A DNA stretch of 64,000 bases from Bigelowiella natans CCMP2755 (lineage: Eukaryota; Protista; Cercozoa). The position numbers and the translations under genes are program-made. Below are positions 23,252-37,183 of this stretch, piece by piece (within the stretch, counting starts at the first letter, position 1; every line of letters begins with the position of its first letter). The stretch covers positions 25,109 to 89,108 of the forward strand of contig ADNK01000166.1 in NCBI GenBank assembly GCA_000320545.1, in the 5' to 3' direction. The notes beneath the pieces were generated by a model. The model made no database searches. It saw only the letters and a list, made by a program, of their open reading frames with translations, and was not told where the DNA came from.

Positions 23252-24705
23252 GTTTTAAAATGGCTGGGGGGCGCGAGAGTGGAAGGAGGAAGGAAGCTCA
23301 GAGCTTTAGCTTGCAAATGGTGCTTCTGCAAAAGTTAAATACAACACATTTTGCCACTACGACAACAAGATTATCCTTCATTCTGGATTAGTTCACGCCA
23401 TTCTTCACATGATGTAAGTTGCGTGTCACCAGACTTAGGTTGGAAAATTCGCGCAGAGATTCGACAGACATGCGGAATGGCTTGGGACAAAAAAACTACG
23501 ATGTCTCCCGCACAGCTATGAGACAAACGTCTGATTCCCTTCAAATGTGTCATAGCGAAAGCGAATAGAGGGAAGATTTAATTTTGCGACAATGCAACCC
23601 GACTCCAAAATTTGTGGTCGTATAGTTTTTCATAAAACAAGGCAAAAGCCACATCTTCGACAACATATAATGTGTACTTTTCCATCATTAAAATAAAAAA
23701 TTTCCGGCACCAAAAATATTTTATTATATATCTACGACACAATCAAATCGTTGTCGTTATTATGCAGAAATGATGAATCTAGCGATCATCCTCGCGAAGA
23801 ATGATGTCATTAAAAATATTTAATCGGTCATTCTTCACCTGGGGTAGGGATGCGCCTTTTTGAGATGAAGGCCAGACAATCATATTGACGCATGTACAAA
23901 AATATATATATTTAGGAATATACTATGAAAATCTCACAATTATCGGTAAAAACCCGATATTTAATTAAATCTGGCCAGAATGTGAATATCAGATATGTAT
24001 TCGTGCTAAAGGTAGAGTTTTCGAAGGATAATAATGACATTATACTTAGTTAAAATATATTTTCGATATCAAATGTATTATATTCTCTCCTCTCTCGAAT
24101 AAATTTGCGACTTATCTGTGCTGCATATCCCTTTCTTCGACTAGGCCGACGTAACCAGCAATATTCCGAAGTGTCGCAGTAGCACATGAATAATAAAAAT
24201 TATGCCCTTAATTTGTACAAAAAATTAGTTAGATTAGCTCTCTTTTGCAATAATTTGCCTTCATACTGGTCGCTTAATTTATCGGGATTTTTAATCTGGA
24301 AAACCTGCGCAAGTACAGAAATGGCTCTCGTTTAATAAATAAAAGACAACGATATTATCATGACGGTAATAAGAAATATATGTCATCTTGCCAAATCCCT
24401 TCAAATATTTGCCTCCCTCTTGGGACTGATAATTGAAATTTCCAGCCAATCACAAACATTATGAATAGCAAAATGTCGTGTAAAATATTATTTGAGACAA
24501 CGTTTTTGTGAATTCTGATTCTACATCATACTACATTTGTGAAGAAATTAAATCTAAAATGTAAAACTTAGATCTGGTTCCATTGGGCCAATACTGCGCT
24601 AAGAAGAAACTCTTGCACTCACATCTTAAATAGGCAAGAGGTGCGCCTGCCCTACCTTCTCTGCCAATTCCAAACAGAATCCATTCTTCAATAGTCAGTT
24701 TGTAG

Positions 24706-25311
<606 letters not shown>

Positions 25312-26609
25312 ATTTTTAGTTTCACATGAGAATGATGATGAGACAATGCATCTTGTGAAATTAGACCTTGAAATCACACTGAGCTTTGAGCCTAAAACAA
25401 TTGCTGTAAAAGCATCTGACTTGCGCACTTGAGGATGCAGTGTACACGCACATTTTCACCCACCTACGTACAGAGCTACCTGTATAGCTACTGCATGTGC
25501 AGCGACCGTGCAGCACTGCTAGACAAGCGCAGCTAGCGTAGCATCTTGTGTCTTGTGCGGCTTGTCATCCTGCTCCATGGTGCCACTGCACATGCTCTAG
25601 TGCTGTACATTGTTACATTGTGCATTGCATTGACTGTCGCAGCATGCCAAGCGCAGGTAGAACATTCTGCAAAGAAATGAACTGCGCCTCGCAAATATGC
25701 AGTGTTGCTAGCAGCTGCGCGCGAGGCCAATGCTACGTGCGACTGCTACGACGCGTGCTAGACTAGCTAGCTGCTAGCTAGATGATGCACGCCGGGTGAT
25801 GATTCGATGGACACAGCAATGTGATGTGTTTGTGTTATACATATGAAATATGCATGCAATAACATGTTGCATGTCGCATCATGAGCATATAAGCATGCAT
25901 GACAGGGAATAATCAACCATGCAATACAGGCCCATCTCTACTAGTCTAGATCTAGCCATGACAATGATCTTGCTAGCATGTGTGTGAAGCATGAAAGCTG
26001 AGTTACAGTTTCTCTACTACATACATGCACACTTACAGTTGTCGAGCTAGCATAGCTATGCTAGATGTTATTGGAAAAACAACAGCAGTACATGCTAGCA
26101 TGTAATGTTGACTATGGACACAGTACACTGTGGATATAACGATATAACACATATGCATGTCGTCTATTGTGTTCTAGTGTTGCATGTATGTATGTCACAC
26201 ATGTCAAATTAAGTTGTCTGTAAAAATGTAGGGCTAGCTAGCTAGCCATCTGTGTGCATTGTAAGTATATGGACTTATAACTATGTAAGGCATTGTAGCA
26301 CATGCTAGCATGGCATGCAACTCGAACTGACACATCTAGACATGTGCATTCAGTGCGAAGTCGCAAGTAACCACGTGCCAGCAAAATGTCTTTGTGTGTG
26401 TTGTGTGTTGTGTGTGTGTATGTGTGTGCGTTTGTGTGCGTGGAAGGCATACATTTTTTTAAAAATCTGTTAATTCGCTGATAATGTAGAACTTCGCGTC
26501 AACAGGAAACTCTACTTTTACGAAAAAATCCGTTTCAAGAGGTGCTTAGCTACAGCTTGTGAGATGATCTCTGTGATCCACGAATGTTTCAATCACAGTT
26601 ATAGACTCA

Positions 26610-27129
26610 TTAATGCTTGATGTTTCGTTGCCTTGCCGGAGTACCTCTGCCCAAGCCGAGAACTGAAAAAATACATTTATAACATGAGCTTTTTCGTGCC
26701 GGAAATCTTCTCAGATTTTTCACAACCAACCTGCATTGGATTTGTGCTTAGGATCGAATCTTTTGAACATAGGAGCATTCTTGAGCATATCTGGGAGAAT
26801 CAAAAAGCGGATCTTACTCCCGCGAAGGTAGACCTGTTCCACCTTCTTTTGCTGTACATCAAAAAAGAAAGAATGTACGTTTTTAAATGAATCAATCTTG
26901 GCGAACGCATTTCACAAGCTATGATGCTGTATCATTCGGATACGTTGTGCACAAAAAGTACCTGGCCATCCCTCTCGGTTAACGTGACATTCTGCATTTT
27001 GCAGTTCATGTTGTCCTCGCAGTCCACCATTAGCCCACGGTAAACCTCGCCATTTTTTAACTCCACAGTGACGATGTGGCCTTCTGATTCGTGTAACAGC
27101 TTAATGGGAACTCCTATGGATGCTGGCAT
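26610..27129 (-). CDS. SNRPD3: Small nuclear ribonucleoprotein Sm D3, 3 exons
   Basis: [29 protein letters not shown]...[28 protein letters not shown]...GLGRG...KH*. Confidence 0.95.
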
Positions 27130-27372
27130 CTTTGTTTTGATCTAGGTTGCAATCGATTAATTCCTATTGGAGGAGGGAGAAAACTGAGCTTTCTTCGGGG
27201 CCTGCAGTGCGCGGTTTGCAATTTTCAGATCGGAATATTTGGCCTCAATCTGTGATTATTGCCATATATTTCAATATTTTAATATATTATGTTGTCGTAC
27301 AGGATTTATTACCTATAATATTACTATTACAGTATCAAGCTAGACTTCACTATTTCTTGTCGCGATCGGAGA
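27130..27372. promoter_or_regulatory. Putative bidirectional promoter between SmD3 and CWF18
   Basis: 243-bp gap with an AT-rich core between two divergent start codons (the CWF18 start is inferred). Confidence 0.5.
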
Positions 27373-27446
27373 ATGGCGGAGGAGGTTCCTGCCACGCATG
27401 TCTATGGAACTTAGAAAGATTTGATTGTGATAGTTTTGGAAAGTCT

Positions 27447-27514
<68 letters not shown>

Positions 27515-28018
27515 ATAGCTAATAAAATATTCTGAAATCGTTTTGGCTTAGTGGAGACAGCTTTGTGGATGGCGAGGGGAGTTATACACTGTGATAGTAG
27601 CCCGCAACATACACAAAACGTGGTTGGGATGCATTCGAGCTCATCCCTTGAGCAAATAGTATTTTCATTAGCATATTATTCTTATCTTGGACAATCAAAT
27701 AGGCTGAAAATGTAGAGGTGGAGGGGCAAGGGACACAGGATGACATGGTTGTTGAGGAAGCCGATGCACAGAAAAAGAACAAAGAAGTAGAAGCTGAGGA
27801 AGGGGAGAGTGATGATGATGAGGATGACGATGAGGACGAGGATGAGGACGAAGACGAAGATGAAGACGAGGATGAAGATGAAGAAAAACTTATTATGTTT
27901 CGAAATTACAAACCGAGGGACAAAGATCTTGCAGAGAATACAGTGGAGACTTTCAAGTTCATAGCAGAAGGTTAGTTTTCAATATTTACCAAAATCAGTT
28001 TTAACCTTGGCAGCTATG

Positions 28019-28066
<48 letters not shown>

Positions 28067-28565
28067 ACGTAAAATATTTAGACATGAAGTGGCTGGATGA
28101 ACAAATGAAGGAATTCGAAATAAGAGCAATGCCTAGCAAAGAGGAAGAATTTATAATCGCCCCGCAGACACCGAATTGGGATTTAAAACGAGATATGAAG
28201 GTGAATTATTGAGACACCACGGAAAATATGTGCCGGTGGAATTATATGGAATAAAACTGAGTCGAAAATAAGAAAGAGGGGAGAAGAGGAAGAAAGATAG
28301 GAATACTTTAAAAAAAAATACGATTTGATTCAATTTGCTTGTGTGCAGAGAAGATATTCCAATGGAAAAATTATAAAATTTTAATGTGAATGTTGTGCTG
28401 TGGCAGAAACGGCAAGAGAGGCTTGATTTCCTCACCCAAAAAGCAATCGCGGACGTTCTAGCTAAGCGTAAGAAGGAAGAAGAAGATGAAGACGAAGATG
28501 ATTCCTCCGATGATGACGATGATGAAGACGATGATGATGAGGATGAGTCCGAATCAAGCAGTTAG
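27373..28565 (+). CDS. CCDC12: Cwf18/CCDC12 pre-mRNA splicing factor with acidic tracts
   Basis: IMFRNYKP...IIAPQTPNWDLKRDM...RLDFLTQKAI. Micro-exon MAEE (27373-27384) joins exon 27703 in phase 0. Confidence 0.85.
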
Positions 28566-29226
28566 ACACTAACAAACGTTTAGCTGTTTCGGTTACAGCG
28601 TAATCCGAGTTAACATGATAAATGCGATGCGTGTTGCGCACAAGTAATTCTAGAATTGAACATTGTCACACAGAATCTAGAAATCGAAACCAAAAAGAGG
28701 AGTATTCAATTGCGAGATGCGCCGGAGCATTGTATGTAGCAGCGCGCCATCATTGCACATTTGGCTCCGCAAGGTCAGCAGGGAACAGACATACGCGATA
28801 CATGCGGCCGTAGCACTGTAGCGGCTGCATTGCACAGCTAGCTACATGAGTACATGAGGATGACCATTGAACAAATTTATAATTGATTCATTGCATCCGT
28901 CTTGCATGCGGCTGCATCGCCATCAGGCATCTGAGATTTGATGCAGCATCGTAACACATCGCACTGACTGTTACATCTTGATCGGTGCGCATAGTAGTCA
29001 CTACCTCTGTGCTTGCTTATTGCGCGCATCTGAGCAGAGCTAGAGAGCTAGGTCGTATCGATCGCTACATGCGTGCTACTGCTGCCGCTGCATGCAAGCA
29101 TACACTTCGTTAATTTTGAAACTCGCACTGAGTGATCACACATGACTACTCGTGGCGTGATTCGTGACTAATTGAAATGCATGAACACTGCCAGAATCGT
29201 TGTACTTGAGCTACCCCGAGTCGTGT

Positions 29227-30220
29227 TCATCTGACGCTTCGATCGTTTCGAACTTTGAGTGACGACACGTTTGTCCGGATGCTTGTGCTGCGGCAGTGTA
29301 CTCTCTTACTTTTGTACGAATAGTAGCTGAAGCTTGGCAACCATGACCATGCGGACACGAGGCATTTACGACCATGCGGACGCGAGGCATGTCGTGATCG
29401 CGCGTTTACCACACCGTCAACTGTCTTTCCATTGCTACGTTCTGAGAGCTATTTCAATACAAGCGATTGCTAACCAGACAGCTTTTCTTCTTCGCCACGC
29501 ACCTTACTTTCTCGCCCACCATTCTGCTGCCCGTCCTCACTGAGATGTCGGCGCAAGATGTCAACGATGCTCCCTATATAGTCAACGTTAATTCCGTTGA
29601 TCTGGTCGTCCCAAAATTTACTTCCTGCGTCCTCGTTTAGGCCTCGAAGCTTCTCCACCATGGCGCGCAAACGCTGTGATGAGAGGAGTAAGCATTTAAA
29701 CGGAAAAGCTTGCGAAATAGAAAACTAGCGAAAGGAAGACGCATGAGTAGCAAGTTTTCCCTATTTTTGTAAAAGCTGCGTGAAACACATCAACAGGTTT
29801 TTCATGTCTATGTGGGTGTGGCGTCCTACAAATATATGCCTCCACTGTACAGAATCGAGGGTTGTTTGCACAAGCGTGAACATGGAGTGCTATGGAAGAG
29901 GAACCTTCTTTGAGAGCTCGGCTACGGCTCTGTCAGATGCGTTCTTGAAGCCGATCATCATCTCCTTTATAGCTTCCTTGGGAAGGTTTCCCATACACCT
30001 GATTAGATGATGAATATTGTAAATATGATTTATGTATGAAAGTGCTATAAATGTACACACACACACACACACACACATAAACACTCATGTTTCCTCATTT
30101 ATTACAAAATACATCACACTCATTGGTATGAAAATGAAAATGGGGAGGGGATGAGGGAGGGGTTGGGTTGTCTGCAGTACGTTCTTTTGGCCCAAAATGG
30201 AGCAAGATTCTCCCATTCCT

Positions 30221-30273
<53 letters not shown>

Positions 30274-32271
30274 GGAGGGAGAGAGGGAGAGAGATCATGA
30301 TACTCACCTAAAATGTTTTTGCATTGGTTACTCGACGAACAAAACAACCAATCGCACATATGATGGACAAAGCGAAAAAACTACTCTACGTATTTTTCAC
30401 TACTGCACACCATGAAGGGAAAAAAAAACCTGCTCATCACATTCTCTTCGGTTAACCCCCCCCCCCCCCCCCCACACACACATCCTTTCCGCCACTCCTC
30501 GCTGTCTATACCTCTACTTTGGTGGCCTTGTCGTCTGCCATCTTCTCGCACAGCAGCTTGACCTTGCAGAGATGCCTCTCCCTATTCTGCTGTGAGGTCG
30601 GACATATGACGCGATTGTCCAGTGCATACATCACGCCCTCCGAAAACATGATGTTGTCCGGGTTACCCTGATCGTAGTAACGCAAGTGTGAATTCACGTA
30701 AATAGGCTGGTGGGATGGTGTCTGTTTCTCGTCGTCGTCGTCGCCACCTCTCTAGAATCACCTAGTGCTACCACTACCACCACTACCACTACTACTACTG
30801 CTGCTGCTGCTAATACTGCTGCTACTGCTACCATATTGCTCCAAATAAGAGGCAGGCGGTCGAAGTTGCTTATGATCACATCCAACAAGATGATTCCTGA
30901 TGTGAGATGGAGGAGGAAGTAGTAGTAAGACGACGACGACGACGACGACGACACTTTTGGCATCCATCCTCGACAAAGAAAAGAAAAATAGTCAGCAGCG
31001 GTGTATAGTGCAAGGATGATCTCTTCCGATCTTGACGAACAATGCCGACGAGACATTTGAGACCCGCGTCGGTTGTGTCACAATACTATCTTATTCGGTG
31101 GCGTGTCCCCCTCCTCCCTTCTCATATTAATTTCCAGCGCCACATCATCACAAACACTCATCATACTATGGTAGCAGCAGCAGCAGGCAGTAGAAATTGT
31201 GTGCCAGCCCCCACACCTCCAATTTGCCGCAGAGCTGCTTTGCCGGGAATTTCTTTTAGCACCGCCAGCGGACGCCCTTTGATGAACTCCATCACTCCGA
31301 GGCTCCGCCGTTGCAGGATGCGCGAAATTCCTATTCGCGTGCCCATGCTCGCGGTTCTCTTTAGTGCTGCCTGTATTTCCTGTGTACACACACACACACG
31401 CACACACACACACACACAATGTATATACAATATTCAAATATTGTGTGCGCGCGCGCGCACGTGTGTGTGTACCCAAAATCTACGCTCCCAAACAATGGTT
31501 CATAATCCGAAACATAAGCCTCTCTGAAACATGCATATCTTCTCTCCCGCGGGGCTCTCAGGCCTCAGGTCTCGCCAGAAAATCGTCAGTCATCATCATC
31601 ATCATCATAATATTCAGCGGTTTATCATCAGCACTGCCTTCTTACCTTATACTCGCTTGTTTTATGCTGCGCGAGTCGCATCTGAGGGGCAGCGACACCG
31701 ATAGCTGCAGCCATCCACGAACCGAACATTTCCTCCGCCAAGGCACTGCCAGACTTGAGGCACAGCACCTTTTTTGATTTTTTTCCCATGATATTTGGAA
31801 TGCTGGGGTGATGCATCGCGACGCCACGTACGTTTTTATTCACACGCACGCACACATATGTACTGCATTTGCATTATCATTAAAAAAAATAAATTATAAA
31901 ATACACATGCATATGCATATGCGTGTCTGTCTGTTTGTGTGTGTATGCGATTGAGTGCTTGTATCATCCTGGATTGTACCCCTTCAGGAAGGAGACAGAA
32001 GACAACGCCGCTACTTCCGCTCTCTGATTTCTTCGATACCACCAGCTTTCGCCATATTTCCGGCTTCACACACCCACCCACACACACACACACATACACA
32101 AACACACACACACAGTTATAGAAGGACTTCACGTACGTCAGAGTTTTAGCATAGTCACCAACACCACCACCGTTCTAGTTCTGCTACTACCGTGAGAGCC
32201 TTTTCGTCAATTGGGTGGGGGGGATGTGAAGAGGGGGAAAATTCTTCTGTTCTGCTGCGAGCCTGCGTTAG

Positions 32272-32310
<39 letters not shown>

Positions 32311-32602
32311 TTTATAGATATCATCTTTATCATAGGTTTATTTTCCATCTTGTCACAGCAGTGATCCTCGTCTGCACTGTGTAATATAAACACGAAATCT
32401 GCTCCTGGAAGCCTACGCGCACGCACACGTATACACAACTCACCATTTGTGGAAGCGTGGATGGAAGTTGCACGGACTGTTGAACTGCATTCGAATTGCT
32501 GGACTTCGACTCTATAGTTGGGGGGGGGGCAGCGCCAAAAAGACGCTGAATAGCCGATTTCGAGCAGCCTTCACTTTCCATTATCTGCCATATACACAAG
32601 AG

Positions 32603-32657
<55 letters not shown>

Positions 32658-33700
32658 CCCACACACACACAAACATACACACAAATCTCTATTCATCATG
32701 CGTCGACGCTGTATTATTACGTGGTAGAGGTTGAATTTGGGCATTTTACCCCGCTTGAGAAGCCTATTGTATCTGAATCGCGAAAAGGTCGAAAGGGAAG
32801 CAAGAGGGTAATAAGCAACGGGATAATCAAAGCATAGAAAGTTTGTACAATAATACATATATGAGAGGGGGGGGGGGGGGGGATTGAGAAAGGGAAGACT
32901 AAGAGATATCGTGTTCCGGTAAGACGTCAGATGTGTTCTTCTTGAAGTTACCTTTTGACTTCTGGATCTGTCTTCAGAGACGAATCTGTCATCCAAGGCC
33001 GTGAAGTCGGTTGCGGTGCAGAGCCCGTTCCTCCCCCTAAATTAAGATTCAAAAAGCTGGTCAATTCTCGATATTTATACATTATTCCTAATGCGCATTC
33101 TGAACCTTACTAGAGTACGATCATATAGTTGTGGTGAGTATAGGTCACGTATCCAATCCCTTACCCCTCCATATTCCCCCCCCTCCTCCCAAACACAAGC
33201 TAATCAGTGCGTAAAGACGCAGGTACAGGACAAAAACAATACACACACTCTTGGGAACATCACATCTACCTGATCGGGATAGGACAGCCTCCACGATTGC
33301 ATCCTTGTTAGCTCCTAAGGGAATATGAATCCCCATTCCTTTTGCCTAGGTGTCATCAACAGAAACAAATACCAGTCGGGATCGGCGATGTTTTTTTGAA
33401 AACAGCTCCCTCACTCGTACCAACAACTTGAGGTCCTTATATTTCATCCCTTCCAGCTGTGCTCTCGTGTATACACCATTCCCCGTCGGTCCCGTGCTGA
33501 CATTCATAGATTTGGGACGGGGATCGTCCGAAGAAGCGTTGCAGGCTCCCAGGATGGCAACGTGGAGGGGTTCTTGTTTGGCAAAATGGGGTCCGACTGT
33601 GGCAGATGCACTTTCGTCAAGGATAGGGGATATTATAGACATAAAAATATCGTAAAAACTACCAACTTCGTAATCATTTTTTTTTCCGACATAAGCTTCG
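29227..33700 (-). CDS. Actin-fragmin-kinase-like protein with N-terminal HeH/SAP-like and CCDC53-like motifs, multi-exon
   Basis: KSESGSSGVVFC...LCLKSGSALAEEMFGSWMAAAIGVAAPQMRL...VMEFIKG...IILLDVIISNFDRLPLIWSN-GNPDNIMF...YALDN fits the AFK catalytic pattern. Start position uncertain. Confidence 0.75.
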
Positions 33701-33901
33701 TTTTTCCCCCAAGGAAGACAAGTATTTTCTAACGCTTGGATGTAGCTCCGAGCTTCTTCGGCTTCTCAGGCGAAATTTCCTGTGAAGGAAATTGTGGAGA
33801 GACGCTAAAAGCATAAATTCATTGCGGATTTTATCCTGCGACTTGACTTCCGATGATTGAAGAAATCGAAACAGATTCCCGCCATATTGGATAGGAATGG
33901 G

Positions 33902-34822
33902 ATGGACGATTCGGTGAAGGAGATCGTTGATGCGACCTTCGAAACGATTCGGAGGCGCGGCGCAGGTGATAATTCAGTCCTGTTAAAATAGCTAAGGAGT
34001 ATAGGAATGACTACACGAGGAAAGTCTGGAATAGAATGCAATGCATCGCAATTATCACCTGAATCATACCAAAAGCTAATTACTGTGCACTGGGTTACAC
34101 CTGTGCTCTAAATGAAAAAAACCATGGCATTTGTGTCTTTTTGATCGTGGCTACTATTAACAAGTCGAACCTGAGGACCTCAAGACGCTTTATTTCTTCT
34201 TCGGAAGCACATTAGAGAAAGCTCTGGGTAAAAAAAAATATACTTTCGATCGAACACTCGGTTCAAATTGACTTTGTGTTAGATATTTACGACGCGGAAC
34301 TGGTATCGAAACGAGTAGCAATGCCAAGCCAGCGGACATTTTACACCGTCGAAGGAACACTAGCTTTTCCGTATGTTGTCATGGAGAATTGGTGCTCTTG
34401 CCCCGGTACTATTGATGAATGAAAAGGAAGTCAAGGCAAAAGGATCACATATTTTTTGTTATAAATCAGCGTTCTCAAAGTCCATAGCCAAAGGATGTCG
34501 TGAAATGGTTTGAATATCGATTGTATGTGACGCTATGACCCTACCCTAAGATTGAAATTCATTTGCAGTGTAAACATCAATTGGCCGTCAAATTGGCTGA
34601 TGCCTCCGGCCAAGCTAGAGTCCAGGAAATAAATGACAAGTCGTTTTTAATTCACAAATATTATACCAATCACATCTCAATCACTATTACAATGAGGATA
34701 CTGCTTTTGCTCGATTCCTCAGGGACTTTTCGAGAGAGGTTTGCGAAGACAAGAATAACGGTCTAAACGAGTTGTCAAGGCAGTATAAAACAAGGATGGT
34801 TGAAGCAGCAAAGATGAGCTAG
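33902..34822 (+). CDS. ZSWIM7: SWIM zinc-finger protein ZSWIM7/SWS1 (Shu complex), ~6 exons
   Basis: Spliced product ...LKTLYFFFGSTLEKALD...SQRTFYTVEG...NWCSCPAF...MCKHQLAVKLADA (CxC...CxH); exon phases are consistent. Confidence 0.85.
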
Positions 34823-34886
34823 CTAGAACAGCAAATTATGTGTTGGATGACGTACTCATAATATACGTATGTGTGTATGTACTTGT

Positions 34887-34935
<49 letters not shown>

Positions 34936-35692
34936 CACACAGCCTTGTGTGTTGAACGTCGCAGCTTATTGCATTTTCACATATGGCTGCGTGTGCGTTG
35001 CTACTTCTCTACCCATGCGTTACGTGTTATACTCGACGTCGCCGCCAGAGAGCAAGGAAGAAGCTTTGCTCACCAAGCAATGTTCACGCTGCAGAAGAGC
35101 TAGCGCTAGAGCGAATAAATAACTGATGTACATCTTAGCGTTATGTATGTACGTATACGCACATCCTCTGCGGACGCTGCTGGCATGCAAGTGCATTATT
35201 CCTCATTCCTGGTATCGACTAGTCGAACCTATCACGATGCCTGGGCAGCAACGCTTGAACAATCTTCGCTAGGATCGCATGAACAAAGATACATGTGTAC
35301 GTACGTACATACATGCGAGTTCTTCCTACTCTAGTACTCGCTGCACATCTAGACATGTTTCAAGCCAATCACTCTCAAATTTCTGGAGCCTATTAGTGTC
35401 TAAATTGTGCGCATCACCTTCATGCGTCAGCAGATCATGTAAACGCGCAACATTGGCCCACTATACCATATTCTAACATAGCGTGAGGCAAGAAGGAGAC
35501 AGAAGGAGCATATGATAGAAAGATGTCAAGAAGCCGTAACATTGTGTGGTCATTTGAATGACAAATTAAGAACTGCTATTTTTCACATTATTAAATATTG
35601 ATTCAGAGGTCGCAACGTTCGAGGATTAATTGTGTAATAATGGATTCTGCAATACTAACTATGAAAGTTATCTAAATAGAAAAATAATTTGT

Positions 35693-36400
35693 TCATTCGG
35701 GGTTCAAGTTCTTCATTGACATGTACAGATTCAAAAGATGAATTCCAATTTTTAGCCCCATTTCTTGAATCAGCTGCGCCGTGACATTGTCCTTATTGAC
35801 ATCTGAACCAGTGCTCATAGCTTCATTCACCTTGCTTTGAACGGTTGACTCCACAACTTGGTTCCAACCCTTTTCATGGCCCACTTGCTTTCTCTCCTGA
35901 GTCTCGGAACAGTTGGACTCCTTGTCCGTTTTTTGTTTTTGATCATCAGTATTTATCTGCTGAGCTGTACTATTTTCATTTTTCTTGCCAGAACGCTTCT
36001 CAGAACTCAGGGAGGTAGCTGACTTATCAACATTTTGGGTGACAATGATGGTTTCATCTAATACATGCAAGGGGGGCAATTCCTCAGGTAAAACTTCTGC
36101 AGTAGAAAGATCGAAGATGAATCTCTTTCCCTGCGTGATGAACAGATGGGTCAGCGCAACTTCTAAAAACAGTTTGAGTCGCTAATTTACCTCACTGGTA
36201 AGCATTCGAAGCTCATAGAAATTGCTGGAGAATTCTATTTTAGTTGCGCTTTTTAATTCGTTACCCAGTTTTAAACTCATCAGTAACTTCCTTTCCTGTG
36301 TCACAAACAGATACTGGTATGCCTTGACGAAATGCGACCATCAATTAGAAAACATGCCTTGTTATTCTCCGTGAATGTCAGCCATGGAGAATAGAAAGAC
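35693..36400 (-). CDS. Hypothetical protein, multi-exon; 5' end unresolved
   Basis: Terminal exon of ~140 codons (GKRFIFDL...NLNPE*) preceded by short exons with GT-AG borders. No family recognised. Confidence 0.5.
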
Positions 36401-37183
36401 TGTCATGATTTATAACACACATCTCTTTATTGGTTAATATGGGGAATTCGTGACCCACTGAAGATCACACCGTGTCCAACTTTGCGCGCAGTGTTTTGTC
36501 TGGGGACTCGCACTCAAGTAATGGACAGGCCTCCTTGCTGGAGCACTCCACTCCCTGCACATACCATAGTGTACAGTCAGCATGTACCCATCAAAAGAGA
36601 ATGTGCATGGCGATGAACCTGCACTCCATGCAGCATGATAACCCCAGTCCAGAAGAGCCAGACCAGGTTTCCCGACGACGTCAAAGTGACGGATGCCTCA
36701 CAGCCCAATGATCGCCAGGTCCCCTCCCTTTTATACTGCGACAAGTATTTAACCCAAATTTAGACATAAAATAGCCCCAAATGAGCCGGGAGTTGATGCT
36801 TCCTCGACTTAATGCCCCGAGGAACAAAAACCAAAAACAAAAGAAGCAACCAAGGCCAAAGATTCAACCGGAATTTGCGGGTCTCGGGTCTAACAGAGGG
36901 GGGTTTGGGTGGGAATACAGGAATACGCAAGTCGCACTCCAGAAATCCTATTCTGCTGCTCGGTAGCGTATAACGTTGTGCACTTTTTGAACAACAAAAT
37001 ATCATTGACGTGTGTGCGCAACCTTCTCCCCCCTTATCCTCTCATGCTCTCGCCCCCTCCCCTCTCGTTTAGATAGGGTCGCTTTGTTTTCGCACTAGCA
37101 TGCCCTCCCTCACACCGAACAATGATATCCCCAACCCCTCGTGTGAACTAGATTTTTGGAAGGAACGCAGAAGAAGAGCACTG

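Noticed and set aside
30500-32060. ABC1/UbiB kinase call based on VMEFIKG
   Set aside because: The neighbouring motifs (SESGSSGV, LDVIISNFDRLP, GNPDNIMF) fit actin-fragmin kinase better.
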